From: Squalus acanthias
Taxonomy: Eukaryota
Reading direction: 5' to 3'
Length of the DNA: 64,000 nt
Assembly: GCA_030390025.1 (NCBI GenBank)
Contig: CM059431.1
Location: 154,754,001-154,818,000, forward strand
Shown here piece by piece: positions 63,742 through 64,000 of the stretch. Below the pieces are notes generated by a model, which saw only the letters and a list, made by a program, of their open reading frames with translations, made no database searches and was not told the origin of the DNA. The stretch's first letter is position 1. Each line of letters opens with the position of its first letter. A program made the position numbers and the translations under genes.

Positions 63742-64000
63742 GTATGCTACGTAGATTTTGGAATTATATAAAATTAAATGATTCATACAGTTGACTGTTT
63801 AGATTGACTGTATTCGGTGCAACCCAATCATAGAAACAATAATCTAAGATGTACTGGCATAACTTCAATCGGGACGTGAAATTGCATAAGGTGCCAATTT
63901 AAACAATATTTGAAGTGTTCTTCTGAGATATTTCTCTGGTAAATTAACTGTTCTGTAATTTTGAATGAGTGCATAGAATAATAATGGAACAGCATCTCAT

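Larger units (their letters stand above)
59208..64000. repeat. Segmental duplication copy B (runs off the window)
   Basis: The window end 'ataatggaacagcatctcat' matches about 51329-51348, and the sub-elements occur in the same order as in copy A. Confidence 0.95.

Overview
Repeat-dense vertebrate genomic DNA, inferred to be cartilaginous fish (shark-like) from its CR1/L3, L2, RTE, Penelope and PIF/Harbinger repeat spectrum. Almost every ORF in the supplied track is a LINE fragment, an antisense shadow or a minisatellite artefact. Hidden between the repeats on the + strand are four spliced exons of two types: type A (170 nt, phase 1->0) at 50920-51089 and 63572-63741, and type B (172 nt, phase 0->1) at 37560-37731 and 54335-54506. 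A+B together encode a ~114-aa helical, death-fold/CARD-like module that resembles, from recall, the N-terminal domain of elasmobranch NLR-type receptors. The exons form a phase-compatible array B-A-B-A, extended by a segmental duplication (about 42500-51346 vs 59208-64000). One A copy carries a nonsense codon, and the two A copies differ almost only at amino-acid-changing sites. No NACHT or LRR exon was recognised, so the NLR assignment is inference. Other structure: an older tandem duplication at the left end, a nest of three CR1 LINEs (one with an 868-aa open ORF2), Penelope-type palindromes with minimal hammerhead ribozyme motifs, and Harbinger derivatives with Myb/SANT pseudo-exons. Repeat boundaries were read by eye and are approximate.
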